A DNA stretch of 64,000 nt from positions 365,632 to 429,631 of the forward strand of contig NMRA01000162.1 of NCBI GenBank assembly GCA_002633005.1. Reading direction: 5' to 3'. Made by a program: the position numbers and the translations under genes. The notes under the pieces are model-generated. The model had not been told where the DNA came from and ran no database searches. It saw only the letters and a program-made list of their open reading frames with translations. Of this stretch, positions 47,067 through 58,600 are shown piece by piece (position 1 is the stretch's first letter; each line of letters starts with the position of its first letter). This DNA comes from Phoronis australis (Eukaryota > Animalia > Phoronida).

Positions 47067-48935
47067 TAGAGCCCAGCAAGAATTATTTTGCTCAGCCATT
47101 TCATATTGCACATCGTAGCATACCCATAATTGTATAGCAAAATAAATTTCACTTACGTCATCGATAAATCTAAGATAGCCGCCAGCTGCCATCGTGGAAT
47201 AGTAATTTCTAAGGAGGTATTCTTAGTTCTCGAACGATATGTCAATAAATTAGGTTCTAATGCACTGGAAGCTCATTTCAAGCACAACTTTTGTGATTGG
47301 ATGTCAAGATTGTGCCCAAAGGTTGAATTTTTCAAATGTGTGATGACTTCAACACACGAAATTGTCAGTTGCAATGGGTTACCAGCAAACAAGCCACTTC
47401 TATTTCCGTTTCATTTTTCGCAGCTACACGAAAATCGTTTGCTACAATAACATGTTTCATAAAGATTACAGCAAGTCAAACAGAATATTTTCCGTAAAAG
47501 TTTTCTTAGAACATTAAATAATAAAGAAAGCCCGACAAACGTGGGTCCTCGTGGAGCGATCTGGCTTTCTAAGTGAAAGTGCCAAGGTCGAACTCTTCTT
47601 GATTCATTACCATTATAATGAGATTCGCTTACAAGGTAATTGCATTTCACAAAAGAAAACAACAAAAGCCTCGGGTGTTATAGTAACTACAACTAGATCT
47701 TTTCTCAATCACTGGCATCTGGCAAGTCTGAGAGTCCATACACTCGCAGGCATCAATGCACCGGAGTCCAACTTGCCGACAATCACAGTGCAAGCTGGAA
47801 CAGCCCTTGGTGCACCTACATGTTGCTTGTTCTATGCAGGATTCTGGAATTGGTGGCAGCGTCAACAACAAAGGTAATGTGTGGTTTCCTACAACTTTCC
47901 AACCAGAATGATTCCTGAGTGCTCTTATCTGCATGTCTCCAAACAGCTGCCTGGTACTTAGCTCGTTCTATGTCCCACTGGACAGCGTCAGACTACGGCG
48001 GCAAAGACCAATGGGAGACACGTTTGCCAAATTAGGCCACGCGAGCCAAGTTTATCGCAGACAGATTGATTGCGCACTTCCTAAATATGGCACATAAACT
48101 CTTCAGCTTGAAAAGCCGCCTGTGGTGTAAGGATTTTCCTCCCGAGGTCGTCTAACAAAGCACGGTGTTCCATAAACGCCTTCCAGTTGGTCTTTTTTCG
48201 TGTCCGTGAAGCTGGGAAACTGTCTCACAACCCATTATTGCATGAAACGCTTGTAGGCGTGCAACCATGGAACTGGACATTTTGTGGTAAATCCCATGAA
48301 CTGGTATGTACGCTGGTTTCTTCGCAGTGCTGATTTCATCCAAAGCTGTGAAAGTATTTCGCAACACCAGTTAATGCCAGTACCACTGTCTCTTGCATCC
48401 ACTGATGGAAGTTTGCACAAGGGGAACAAATCTGTACTAATTGAATTGCTCGTAGATAGCACTAACACGCCGTCCATGAGACATCTGAGAAGAGCAGAGG
48501 CACTAGCCATTGTTAGATCCATTAGGCAGCCGAATGAAGCCGTGACATTTTGAGATTATGCAAAGTCGTTTGGGAAGACCATTCTGGCTATGGGAGTCGG
48601 TTTCAAACGAATAGCTATAGCATTTTATCTATATCGGCAACACTCAATAAAAGATGGAGCACGCAAAAAGAGAAGCACGGGTATTCATCCGATTAGACGT
48701 CAAATGAATGACTTGTCTGTCCCGCTTCCAGAAAACTGGCAGAGTTTCGAGCTGCCAGAAAACAAACAAAACCAGTAAGAAGTCTTGTCTCAAAAGCTAA
48801 TGCTAGAGCGTCCTCCTGGAAAAACGACGACTGTGTGTGGGAGACGTCGCGACGAAAGGAAAGTGTTGTCTTCTGAACCATAATTCGACCTTTTGGCACC
48901 ACAAGCAAACCACGAGGAAGCTTACACACGCTCGT
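47067..48935. mobile_element. AcademX relic with an internal inversion
   Basis: Minus strand 48350-47700 reads LWMKS..YIPVH, AFHAIMGCETVS (XPG H3TH) and CRCTKGCSSLHCDCRQVGLRCIDACEC (Cys8). Plus strand 48355-48935 reads PVPLSLASTDGSLHKGNKS, SIKDGARKKR, LPENWQSF and HEEAYTR. A possible TAG terminus lies at 47067. Confidence 0.75.
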
Positions 48936-49015
48936 TAAACCGGGACAGATGACTCCATTTACTCCCCGTGTACTCCAGCATTCTTAACCAGCGGAAGACG
49001 GAAAACCCTCATTCA

Positions 49016-49053
49016 TCGACAAAGACCTGACGGACCAGGTTGAAACGTCTGTC
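49016..49053 (+). ncRNA. Degenerate minimal hammerhead-like motif of Penelope pseudo-LTR type
   Basis: TCGACAAA-GACCTG-acggac-CAGGTT-GAAACGTC: a stem II flanked by a variant CUGANGA box and GAAAC. Confidence 0.4.
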
Positions 49054-49696
49054 AACAACCAACCACGTCTCTAAGTAAGTGACCACTTTATATAATACAG
49101 TTGTTTCTCGTCACAATTAAGCGAAACCCGTCAGAATTTGAAGATTTGCTTTCGTTTTCCGCTTTTTTCCGGTGTCGTCAAATCGACGTAAACTGAACGT
49201 AAGAATACGAGTTCTCGAAAATGGCTCGGTGGATTTCACTGAAACTTTCCAATTTTAATATTTATTTACCATTCTCAAAAACTTTAGGATTTTGTTAAAA
49301 TTCTTATTTTTAGTTGTACTGTGTCATGGACAAATACGACCGCTGTTTTTCTTTAGAAAAATGCCTTACATTTGCGAGCTAATTTGGCAGAAAACCAAAT
49401 TAAATGAGCACTAAAAAATTTCTCACAGCGTATTTTAAGAAATATCGGCAAGTTTTCATTCAAAGAAGGTTTCGTTAAAATCGATTAAAGGGTATTTGTG
49501 CTATGAATGTGTGATAAAATGAACATTTTATTTAAGAAGGGTAGTCACATTATAATCACAATAAGACGTGACTGTAAAGTGTATTTTTATAATACTTGAT
49601 TCATCATTTTTCAGAAAATACATACCATCACTGATTGACACCGCCTTCTATTTATTTACTTTGAATGATCGTTCCTCAGCAATGTCCTACGAAACC

Positions 49697-50749
49697 TCAA
49701 ACGTGGAACCACAAGTCAAGCTGCACGTGCAATATCTCTATCAGTTTGTCGTAGTATGCAGGTCTGAAATGGACTGGATCGTTCGCTATACGAAGATTCT
49801 GATAAACAAATGAAGTATTGCTCATCTGGAAATTGTCAAGATAAGCAACATGTAGAGACTTCATGACTTTCTTGGCCTCAGCATTATGCTGAAAGATGAT
49901 GTCATTCCTTGTTATGTTTTTATATCGAGGTGGAACTGCACTTTCAAGTACACAAGCAGTGTTAATGAAGAGAATTTTAGCGTCTGGAAAGCTGTCTTTT
50001 AACATGCCCGCATACCAAATTAGATTTTCTCTGTAAGCACTTAAATTAGAATATGCTACGTCATGCGCACCGTTGTTAAACACAATAGCTGTTGGAGGTC
50101 CTGTTCGGTTTAAATAAAATACAAGGTTTTCCTGCGTTGTGGCATACCTTTTGGATTGCACTATGACATCCCTGGCGAATTCCACTGATATATATTCTAA
50201 ACTTAGATTTCCCGATTTCTTGCACATTCTTCTTTCCGAAGTACATCCATTGCAGTCGGTACAACGCGGATGTTCTCTGCCATGGGAAAGAGGTCCTTCT
50301 CTTCTGACATTGGGTGGTTGCCATTTTAATGAATTCTCAACCGTAAGATATTTGCCAAGTGAACACCGTCCACCGCCATAATTCAGTAAACGACCACCAC
50401 ACTGAAACTTCCCTCGTAGGTGGCCAAAAAGTCTGAAAGTGTTTGAATCACCCAACAGCACTATTCTTGACAAAGGGTAATTTATTACAGGAGTTTGCGG
50501 TTTGGGCAAAACACAGCTTTGAGGTATCCACAATGTTTTGTTGCGCGTCACCCATTGTCCGTTTGACGTTGCTTCTTCCACTGTCTTGCATGTGTCCGGA
50601 ACTGCCGCTCGGTTGAAATAAACTGACGAATTCCTCCGAAACATTACCGGCTTTAGCTTAAAGTTGTGATCGAATTTGAAAGCAAAGTAAGACATTGTTA
50701 GCCAAAAAAGTACATTGCAGGACACAAAAATAGCTATGCTTTTCGCCAT
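49697..50749 (-). CDS. Type II membrane SGNH/PC-esterase-family protein (TBL/NXPE/CASD1-like; putative glycan O-acetyltransferase or esterase)
   Basis: Intact 350-aa ORF with an N-terminal signal anchor. Motifs: Cys-containing GQW...WIPQSC, LLGDSN (GDS nucleophile), NNGAHD and DPVH (DxxH). A likely 5'-UTR splice acceptor ctatttcag| lies at 50781. Confidence 0.85.
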   Translation of the reverse strand: MAKSIAIFVSCNVLFWLTMSYFAFKFDHNFKLKPVMFRRNSSVYFNRAAVPDTCKTVEEATSNGQWVTRNKTLWIPQSCVLPKPQTPVINYPLSRIVLLGDSNTFRLFGHLRGKFQCGGRLLNYGGGRCSLGKYLTVENSLKWQPPNVRREGPLSHGREHPRCTDCNGCTSERRMCKKSGNLSLEYISVEFARDVIVQSKRYATTQENLVFYLNRTGPPTAIVFNNGAHDVAYSNLSAYRENLIWYAGMLKDSFPDAKILFINTACVLESAVPPRYKNITRNDIIFQHNAEAKKVMKSLHVAYLDNFQMSNTSFVYQNLRIANDPVHFRPAYYDKLIEILHVQLDLWFHV

Positions 50750-51425
50750 ATTTATCCGTTGCCCCCAGGGATTTCAGCAGTCTGAAATAGTGTAATATAA
50801 GCTATTTTGTAACAGAGCATTGTTAGATCACAAACTGTCGTAAAGGTATACACTGTCCCATACTCAAGCTTCGACAGTTTGTGCAGGCCCTCTCAGCACA
50901 AAGTGTCGTAATTTTGGTTTCGACAAGCTGTGGTTTCTTCAAGTTTTTCTCAGGTCGTCAGCTTGCCAACCTATGGGACTTTCAAAATATCACAATCCGA
51001 ACAGCCGCCCTGTCAGACCCGAATCGACTCCAAAGCATTTTGCGGGGACAGTGTATAGACTGCATGTACGTGGAAGAACACTAAACAGCATAATGTACTT
51101 TAGAACAACATCCGTTCCTTGTATACCACTTTAAATGTATTTTTAGGTACCATGGATTAAAGGCGAAGGCAACCTTTTTCCATGTCATTTTGAGCTAAAA
51201 TAAGGTTGGTTGGTTATCCTAGACATATTCTCCACTTAATTACAGCTTTTCGTAATTTTATTAATTACTCGTCCGCTCTTCCGGAAGTGACGTTTTAGGA
51301 GGCAAGCATTTCGCGCCAATTTCTTTTCATATAGTCTGACTGTGAGAGCTGCCGAGTCAGTCATTGTTCTACCTCGGTTGTGTTAAGTTCCGTCGTCGTT
51401 TGCTTTCATTTACTAGTCAGTCAAT

Positions 51426-52497
51426 ATGCCACACTGTTGCTGCGTACCAGGATATACTAATTATCGGCTCACGCGCGCTTTGGGAGTACCTTTGCATCGC
51501 TTTCCGATGGATGACACACTTCGCCGTACTTGGCTCGTTCGTGTGAAGAACGCAGCGTTACCCGTCCACGCAACGTACAAAGCAGTGGAGAATTACCGTG
51601 TGTGTGGCAAGCACTTTCTGCCGTCCGATTACGAAAGGGATTTGTACGCTGAACTGATGAAGGTCCCTGCGAAACAACGTCTGAAGAAGGATGCCATTCC
51701 GTCTGTGTTGATTCCCGGCAGTGCCCCGTCGCCACCCCCGAGAAGTGCGTTTTTGAAGCGAGAAGCCTCGCGAGCTGTGGCCAGTACAGTGACTGGAGCC
51801 AGTGGAGGCACTTCATCTACTGTCACCCGTGCCTCCGAACGTACCCCAGAGCGTGCAATTCCTGGAACCAGTAGTGATTCGCCCTGTGCTGTTTTCTCCA
51901 GCCCAGAGCCTCTAAGCAGCCCTGCAGCGATATTGAGTAGTGGGAGTGATTACAGGCCCAGTTCGACACCCAGTGAAGAGGACAGTTCGTCGTCCAGTGA
52001 ACAGATCGGTGAGCCAAACTTTGATAAGTTTATTGTGGACTTGTCTAAAGTGTTGGAGCTATTTAGAAGGTGCCAGGTGTGTGGCGAGGGAGTCACACGA
52101 CACAATGTAAGCAGTTTGGGTGCTCAGGTCACCATCCAGTGGGAGTGTGTCACGGGACACTCTGGCAAGTGGGACAGTTGTTCCTCTGTCCGTGGTATGC
52201 CGGAGGTCCACTTAACCATGTCCAGTGGTGTGCTCTTCACTGGAAACACGTTTCAGTCGGTGAAGACAATGATGGACTTTGGAAAAGTCAAGTTTTTTTT
52301 CGAAAACAACATTCAACAACATTCAGAATTCCTATTTAATACCAGTTGTCAATGACGCATACATGTCACAACATCTCGAGTTGGTGGCGGAATTCATGGA
52401 GAAGGAGAACTTGTCTGACTCACCAGGGCGGTCCGCCAAGTATACCACATACACTCTAATGGAGGAAGAGACCAAAAAGATAATTGATGTGGAACTC
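51426..52497 (+). pseudogene. Kolobok THAP-transposase, frameshifted and truncated
   Basis: THAP reads MPHCCCVPG..LHRFP..W...V..VCGKHF..LKKDAIPS. It is followed by CQVC..C..GH..W.S and, after a frameshift in the T-run at ~52295, DSPGRSAKYTTYTLM. The preceding GDGR (first catalytic Asp) appears deleted. Confidence 0.85.
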
Positions 52498-52767
52498 GGA
52501 ACAGCACAAGCATTCAATTGAGGTAGGCATAACAACGCACACAGTGCATTTGCACCAAGATGTGTCACCACGTCTGTCTTCAGTAGCCGCCTCGTTTCTC
52601 TCAACAGCTGCCTGTGCCTGTGTGTACTCTGCCTCGTTGTACTCGGGCTCAAACATGTACCCACCCACTGAATGTCCGTGAAAAAATTCCTCGTCACCAC
52701 TGCAGTGAAAAAGGTCTCCGTCACTCACACTACTGTCACTGTGATACGGGTCACCGACTCCAGCCAT
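52490..52767 (-). pseudogene. KolX-like second Kolobok protein (P2X7 intracellular/nanor-like Cys domain), truncated
   Basis: GGYMFEPEY...RRGDTSWCKCTVCVVMPTSIECLCCSE; fused tail-to-tail with the transposase remnant. Confidence 0.75.
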
Positions 52768-53241
52768 TTTCAGCTTACAACACACTAAACAAACCCTAAG
52801 TCCAACGTAGTTGAGTTCTCTACTAACCTATCTTGCCGCAGAATACTCGCCGATAGAAAGTGGTGGCGACAATTGTTGAAAAACAGCACAAAACAAAAGT
52901 AGAATAGAACAAATTCGCACGGTAAAGTCAGCGCAAAACCCAAGTGGCGGGAAACGCTTCCCTCATAAAACGTCACTTCCGGAGTAGCGGACGAGTAATC
53001 TATAAAATTACGAAAAGCTGTAATTAAGTGGAAAATATGTCTAGGATAACCAACCAACCTTATTTTAGCTCAAAATGACATGGAAAAAGGTTGCCATCGC
53101 CTTTAATTCCATTTAACTAAGAATCAAAGTAATACAATATAACCTGTGGGGGTTAAGGGAGAATGACACCCAAAAGCAACCTAGTTTGTATCAATTTAGA
53201 TCGAGTAGTTCCACTCGATAACAGCTAGTACAGCTCTTTTA

Positions 53242-54942
53242 CCTGACACTTGACGGCAGACGGAGGTGTTGAAATTAACCAGTGACGTCAGAGGTTCGAA
53301 CACAGTCTTGAACAGACTGCAAAAGGTACCCGCTCATCCAAAACCTTTACGGCAACCAGATGGCGCTTCTCATCAATCACGTGTCATTTTATCGCTCAAA
53401 TAAGACTGTCTGCCAGAGAATCTTAACCAAGCACCTTGACTGTAGCCACAGGTCACGAGAGTTCATGAACCAGACAGTGAATGTACTGATGAGTGGAGAA
53501 TTTGTGTGGAAAAGAAATCTTTGTGTCCGACATATCCATGTTTAAAACCCCATTTGTAATAACTATTTATAACATATAATTAAGATGAAAGTGTTAATAA
53601 TCTACGCTGTTGTGGTTGCTCGGCTTAAACGCTGGGGTAAAATATATATTCGATGAACGTGACCATGGTGAGGCTACTAAACCGGGCCCGGCCACTTTTC
53701 CGCCCGGCGAGATTCTGGCAACTCAACAACCATAATTTTAATTAGGTTGAAATATAGCCACTATATTTTTTAAATTATGCTTAAATTAGACATGGTGATA
53801 TGCATGTTAGGTTTTATTCTCTTGCGATCTTTTTCGTCCAGTGTCTCGTTAGCCAACAACACTGAGCCCAGCAGACCGGACTGGCCGTGGCACGGGACGG
53901 CAGCTGATGGTTCACCAAGTAGAAACGTCTGTAATATTTTATGTTCTATCAACACTAAGGCAAAAGAGAGTGGTTTCAACTTATATAGTATCTATTTAAC
54001 GAACTGAACCATGCACTATGAACATGTTGGTGGCCATGATTAATAACAGCTGACAGTATGAACAAAGGGTGAAGCACTGATCTCATCATGTCACGTTGTC
54101 CCAACGGCGATGTGACGTCAGCAGCTGTAGAATGTAGGTCAAGGTGCAGGGTCAAGATTCAGTTCACACAAGAATGTCACATGACTGTAAGCAGCGCTGC
54201 CTGTTAGTAAAGCATCATTGCATCCAGCGCCATCTGTTTGCCGTAAAGGTTTTGGATGAGCGGGTACCTTTTGCGTCCGTTCAGCACTTCACAACACGCT
54301 TACTGGTGTCAGCTTACCGCTCGAATTCATCGCTTACACCAATAAATCATCAAAATTCTTCGATGTGAAACTCCTACAAATACATCGAGTTATTGAACAA
54401 ACGTGTTATTTTATTTCGCTGTTACGGATTTTTAGGTATTTAAACGTACCGTAGCATACAAAGTTCCGGGTAGGCCAATTTAACACAAGGTCAGCGGTCG
54501 CAGTTGTTTGGAATCTGTTCGGTGATAAAATTAAATTATTCGACCGTGAAATACAGACAGGAGAACATACATGTAGCTATGTGTTGTAAATTTAGACTTG
54601 CGATTTTTGAGTTCTAAACACATGCTATCTCGGCAATGGCTCGGAACTCGATCAGGTCCACCGCGACCGGTCTGAAGACATCACGAACATAAACCAGCCA
54701 AAGTTGGAAACTAAACTTCCAGTCACGAAAATACTATATCAGTGAGCCAAAGAAAAATGTGCACGTGGTTATTTTGGTGAATTAGCCGCGAAACATCAAA
54801 TCTACTTACTGGCTCGTCGGGGGCCTCGAAGTCAGGTTACCCTTCCACAGAACCGTCAGGGCAAAAGTTGTACACTAACAATGATTCGAAAAATGTATAT
54901 GAATATGTAAATAAAGATTCCCCTAACATCTGACATGTCAGG
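53242..54942 (+). repeat. Non-autonomous repeat, copy 2 (CCTGACA...TGTCAGG ends), carrying a nested TIR element
   Basis: Colinear with 18637-19371 apart from ~1 kb of extra sequence. Confidence 0.8.
53304..54287. mobile_element. Nested MITE with ~60-bp TIRs
   Basis: AGTCTTGAACAGACTGCAAAAGGTACCCGCTCATCCAAAACCTTTACGGCAACCAGATGGCGCT versus its reverse complement at 54226-54287. Confidence 0.85.
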
Positions 54943-55411
54943 TTTGTAACTAAGTACTAAGAATCTACTGAAAGTTAGTTGATTTACTCAATCAATTCAA
55001 ACAGAAAAAAATAAAAAGCACAGCAATTATGTGCATACCTGCCGTACTTTGAAAATACGAACAAATTAAAAGATAGGGACATGTACACTACATAAATGCT
55101 AATATTTCACTCAAAACAAATGTGTTTGTTATCAACACCCTTTTAACCTAACATTTTTAAGGAAGGGAACTGTCTATAACCAATATTGCTCACTTACCAA
55201 GTGATATATTAATTTCACGGCATTTGTAAACATGGGGTACGTACACTACAACAGGGGGTACGTACACTACATCACTGTTTCTGCATCACATGGTAACATA
55301 ATGTTGTATGACCATTTATTTTTCTTTGATGATAATATGCACCATGTTGTTATTTAAAAGGCAATAATTTCATTTGCAATAACCATTTGTGTTACTGAAT
55401 TCCACATGGGG

Positions 55412-55655
55412 GTACGTAACACCTTCTCATTTGAAATGAGCTTTTCTCAAACAAATGAGCTTCAAAAAAGGACTTAAATTGAATACTTAAGAAGGTATTG
55501 CCCAGACAATATCATATATATAGAATAGACCGATTCATGAATTTGCAAGTGTGGTATTGTCTGGGCAATACCTTATTAAGTATTCAATTTAAGTCCTTTT
55601 TTCGAAGCTCACGTATTTGAGAAAAGCTCATTTCAAATGAGAAGGTGTTACGTAC
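55412..55655. repeat. Long inverted repeat, ~100-bp arms and ~43-bp spacer
   Basis: 55412-55511 is the reverse complement of 55555-55655 with a few mismatches. Confidence 0.92.
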
Positions 55656-58600
55656 ACTACATTTTCATAGCGTTTTTGGCCCATTTTCAACATAGCAGAA
55701 CCCAGTCAATATCCAAACTTTTGGATAATTTGCTGTGTTGCCTAGGCTAACATATTCTGCAGTTCTTTTTATTACAGAATGTGAAGTTAGGTTTTGTTTT
55801 TAACCTTCTTAACAGTAGGTGAGAGTTAGAAACAGAATTTACAAATTTCGTAACGAGTGCCTGTTTTGTGATGAACCCTACCATTTCTCAATGATTAAGC
55901 AAAACGTCATCTAATTCTTTCTGAAAGTGACTCAAGTTATTCCCAGTCATATGTAAACAATTGCTTACTTGATAAAATAATTTTTTTCTACTCTTGACAG
56001 TTGAAAATTGTTATTTTTAAAATGTCCACTCGTAATGCTAAAAATGCATGAAATTCATATACAAAAACATGCGTTAATTTCTCAAACATTGTCCGATTTT
56101 GATAATTCTTTTTTTAATTTGCATAACTAAGTAACTCTTTGCATATGAGATTCAGTTGGCATTTGGTAAGTAACCAAAAAATTTATTTGACACTGTAACA
56201 CAGTCAACTCTCGAATATGGACCATGATTGTGATTTAGCCGTAAGTGTCTTAAGTTAACCATTTTGAGGGATAACATGCTGCTTGAACGTTGCCGAAGCT
56301 GTAATCGTGTTCTAAAAAAATAACCCAGTGTGTTATGATTCAAATATTCTTTATCAAAGTGTTGTTGCAAACATGTTATTGTGGGATTGCCAACTAACTG
56401 TTATGTCGTGACGTCTTCATTTATTTAAGATTTCTGCTGTGGCAGATTGGAATGTTATGGGCTCGAAACTCTAAATTTGCCCGTTAGTAGACCTGTTCAT
56501 TCAAAAGTAGATTTTAGTGACCCCAAGCACGATGTTCTCCCGACCTTCAGGATCGAACTGCATGTGAGAAGTTATCTTCTGATCCCTCGCACTTGGCTTT
56601 CCATTAAGGTTATGAAGGAACTTAGAAAAACGTCGAAATTTGGCTAAATTCGGTTACTCAAGACCGGATTTTTTTTGAAACTTTCAGCGTCTACAAGCGT
56701 TCTACAATCAGCTGAAAAATGTACTTTAACAACATTTATTCTATTGAGTAACGGTAAGATATAAGGTGCCTGAATTTTGATGACCATTTTTACCATTGAA
56801 TAACGGGCATCAAACTAGTTCTCAAAATACGGACACGTTATAACCGACTATTGCGTGTTTTTTGCAAACATTTGGCTAAATGCAAAAGACCAACTAATAA
56901 GATCCAAGAAAACATGGTTTGTACATGGATGTGTAAGTAGTATTAACAAGGAAACGCGAGGTCCTTTACGCAAAAATGCTCGGAACCCTCTTCGGAGCCC
57001 CATCTGTCCGTGTCCTGTAGCAAGTACAAAATACATTTGCATTTTGAATTTTTCATGCAAACGCCTTTTGATGCTGTTTTTGTAAACATTGAGTCATTTT
57101 ATCATAGGCCTGTCCACACAATCGATACGTGGAGATATTTAGGGCCCACTTAGAGCTACGTTTGCATCGGTAATAACTTCGATTTCCGGAGAATACATAT
57201 ATGAATTATTAAGTGCACGTTTTAAAGTGCATTAGACGACCAGTGCTGCAAAAACGGAGACCCTAACAACAATGTCCTGGCCAGGGCCCTCAAAGTGTAA
57301 CCATGCACTGATACTGAGTTGACAAATGCTCTCTTGAATTTTATGTCTTATCCGAATTCGCAGTCTTTTCTCGACTGTTCGCGGCCCCACGCCTATATGT
57401 CGGTTGCCACGATTTAACTATGACGCCTACAATTTTTTGGAGGGCCCGTGGCCCCCGCTCACCGCTTCGTACGGCCCTGTTTAATGACGTTCGACGTCCA
57501 ATAAAATTACTGTGTGATTGAAAATGGGTAAAATACGTAAACTATTATTCACTTATAATCGAATGAGAATGAAAATGTGTGTTTTAATAAATGTTAAAAT
57601 GCATTTGCTTTCATTCTCTTGAAGCTCCTTTCAAAAGCCATCGTGGTTTTGTTTCATGTTTGAGTTCTTAATAAGGCAAATTACCGTTTCTCTTAACATT
57701 TCACACCTCCATGGACTACATAATTTTAGTGATTGCACCTGGGGCTTCAAGGAGGAGTTGTCCTCAGGTGCCAGCAAAGGGGTACAAGGGACGAGTGTAA
57801 ACCAGGTGGGCGCCACATGGGCATTGACCCCTCCCAGGGGTATACATCAGAGGAGTGCTAAACAGGTAAAAACCACTGGTTTATGCCACATGAGTGTTGA
57901 ACCCCATCGTCACAAATTTAGGTTGTTCCCCTGACCATTGACAACATATGCTGAGGTGGTGATGAGATTTGACACTCGTTTTGAGCATGGCCTCAAGGAC
58001 TTCTGCTTACAATGACTGGTGGCCATCATCCCCCAGTACCATCCTGGATGTTTTCCAACTTTTCATTACGAAGTGCTCCCAGCTCATTGCTCGTTTCATG
58101 TCCACCCAACAGGTTTGAATGTGTACGCCTGGCTATTACCAGTGCAGACAATTGGTTTGTGCAGTAGACGTAACACAAGTAAGAAGAAGAAACCAAGACA
58201 ATTCATCACTACCACAACACTGTATTCCGTTGCGATGCTCTCTCACATATAATTTCAGTAGACGCATGTTGACAACAAAGTATCTGCAAAAGACAGAGCG
58301 TAGCCTGAGCAGTAGAATACACTGCAGACGGCAGCGGCCCCGGAACTGCGATCGACACGTCTTCCAACCGTGAACAAAACACAAAAAATGAAAGACAGTG
58401 TATGGTATTAATGAATAACAACTAATCCTTACACTTCTGGATCCTTTGAAAGCTTAAAAATGACACGTGTGCGTTTTAGTGGACGAATTAGTGCAATTTA
58501 TCGCTCTGTACAAAATGCTCCCGTCCCCATTGTTCTCGCGCTTCCTACATGCCCGTTGCTGATTCACCGCTTGGTGGCACTAGTAGTGGCGATAACAGCG

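Larger units (their letters stand above)
51161..53102 (+). mobile_element. Kolobok DNA transposon, internal-deletion derivative
   Basis: TTAA|AGGCGAAGGCAACC ... GGTTGCCATCGCCT|TTAA, with ~150-bp near-identical TIRs and two convergent ORFs. Confidence 0.92.

Noticed and set aside
47647-47934. Host tesmin/CXC or metallothionein-like gene
   Set aside because: The Cys cluster follows XPG-like relics and matches the AcademX C-terminal Cys8 region.
51426-52355. Host THAP-domain transcription factor
   Set aside because: It lies inside TTAA-flanked TIRs and continues into transposase motifs, so it is transposon-derived.
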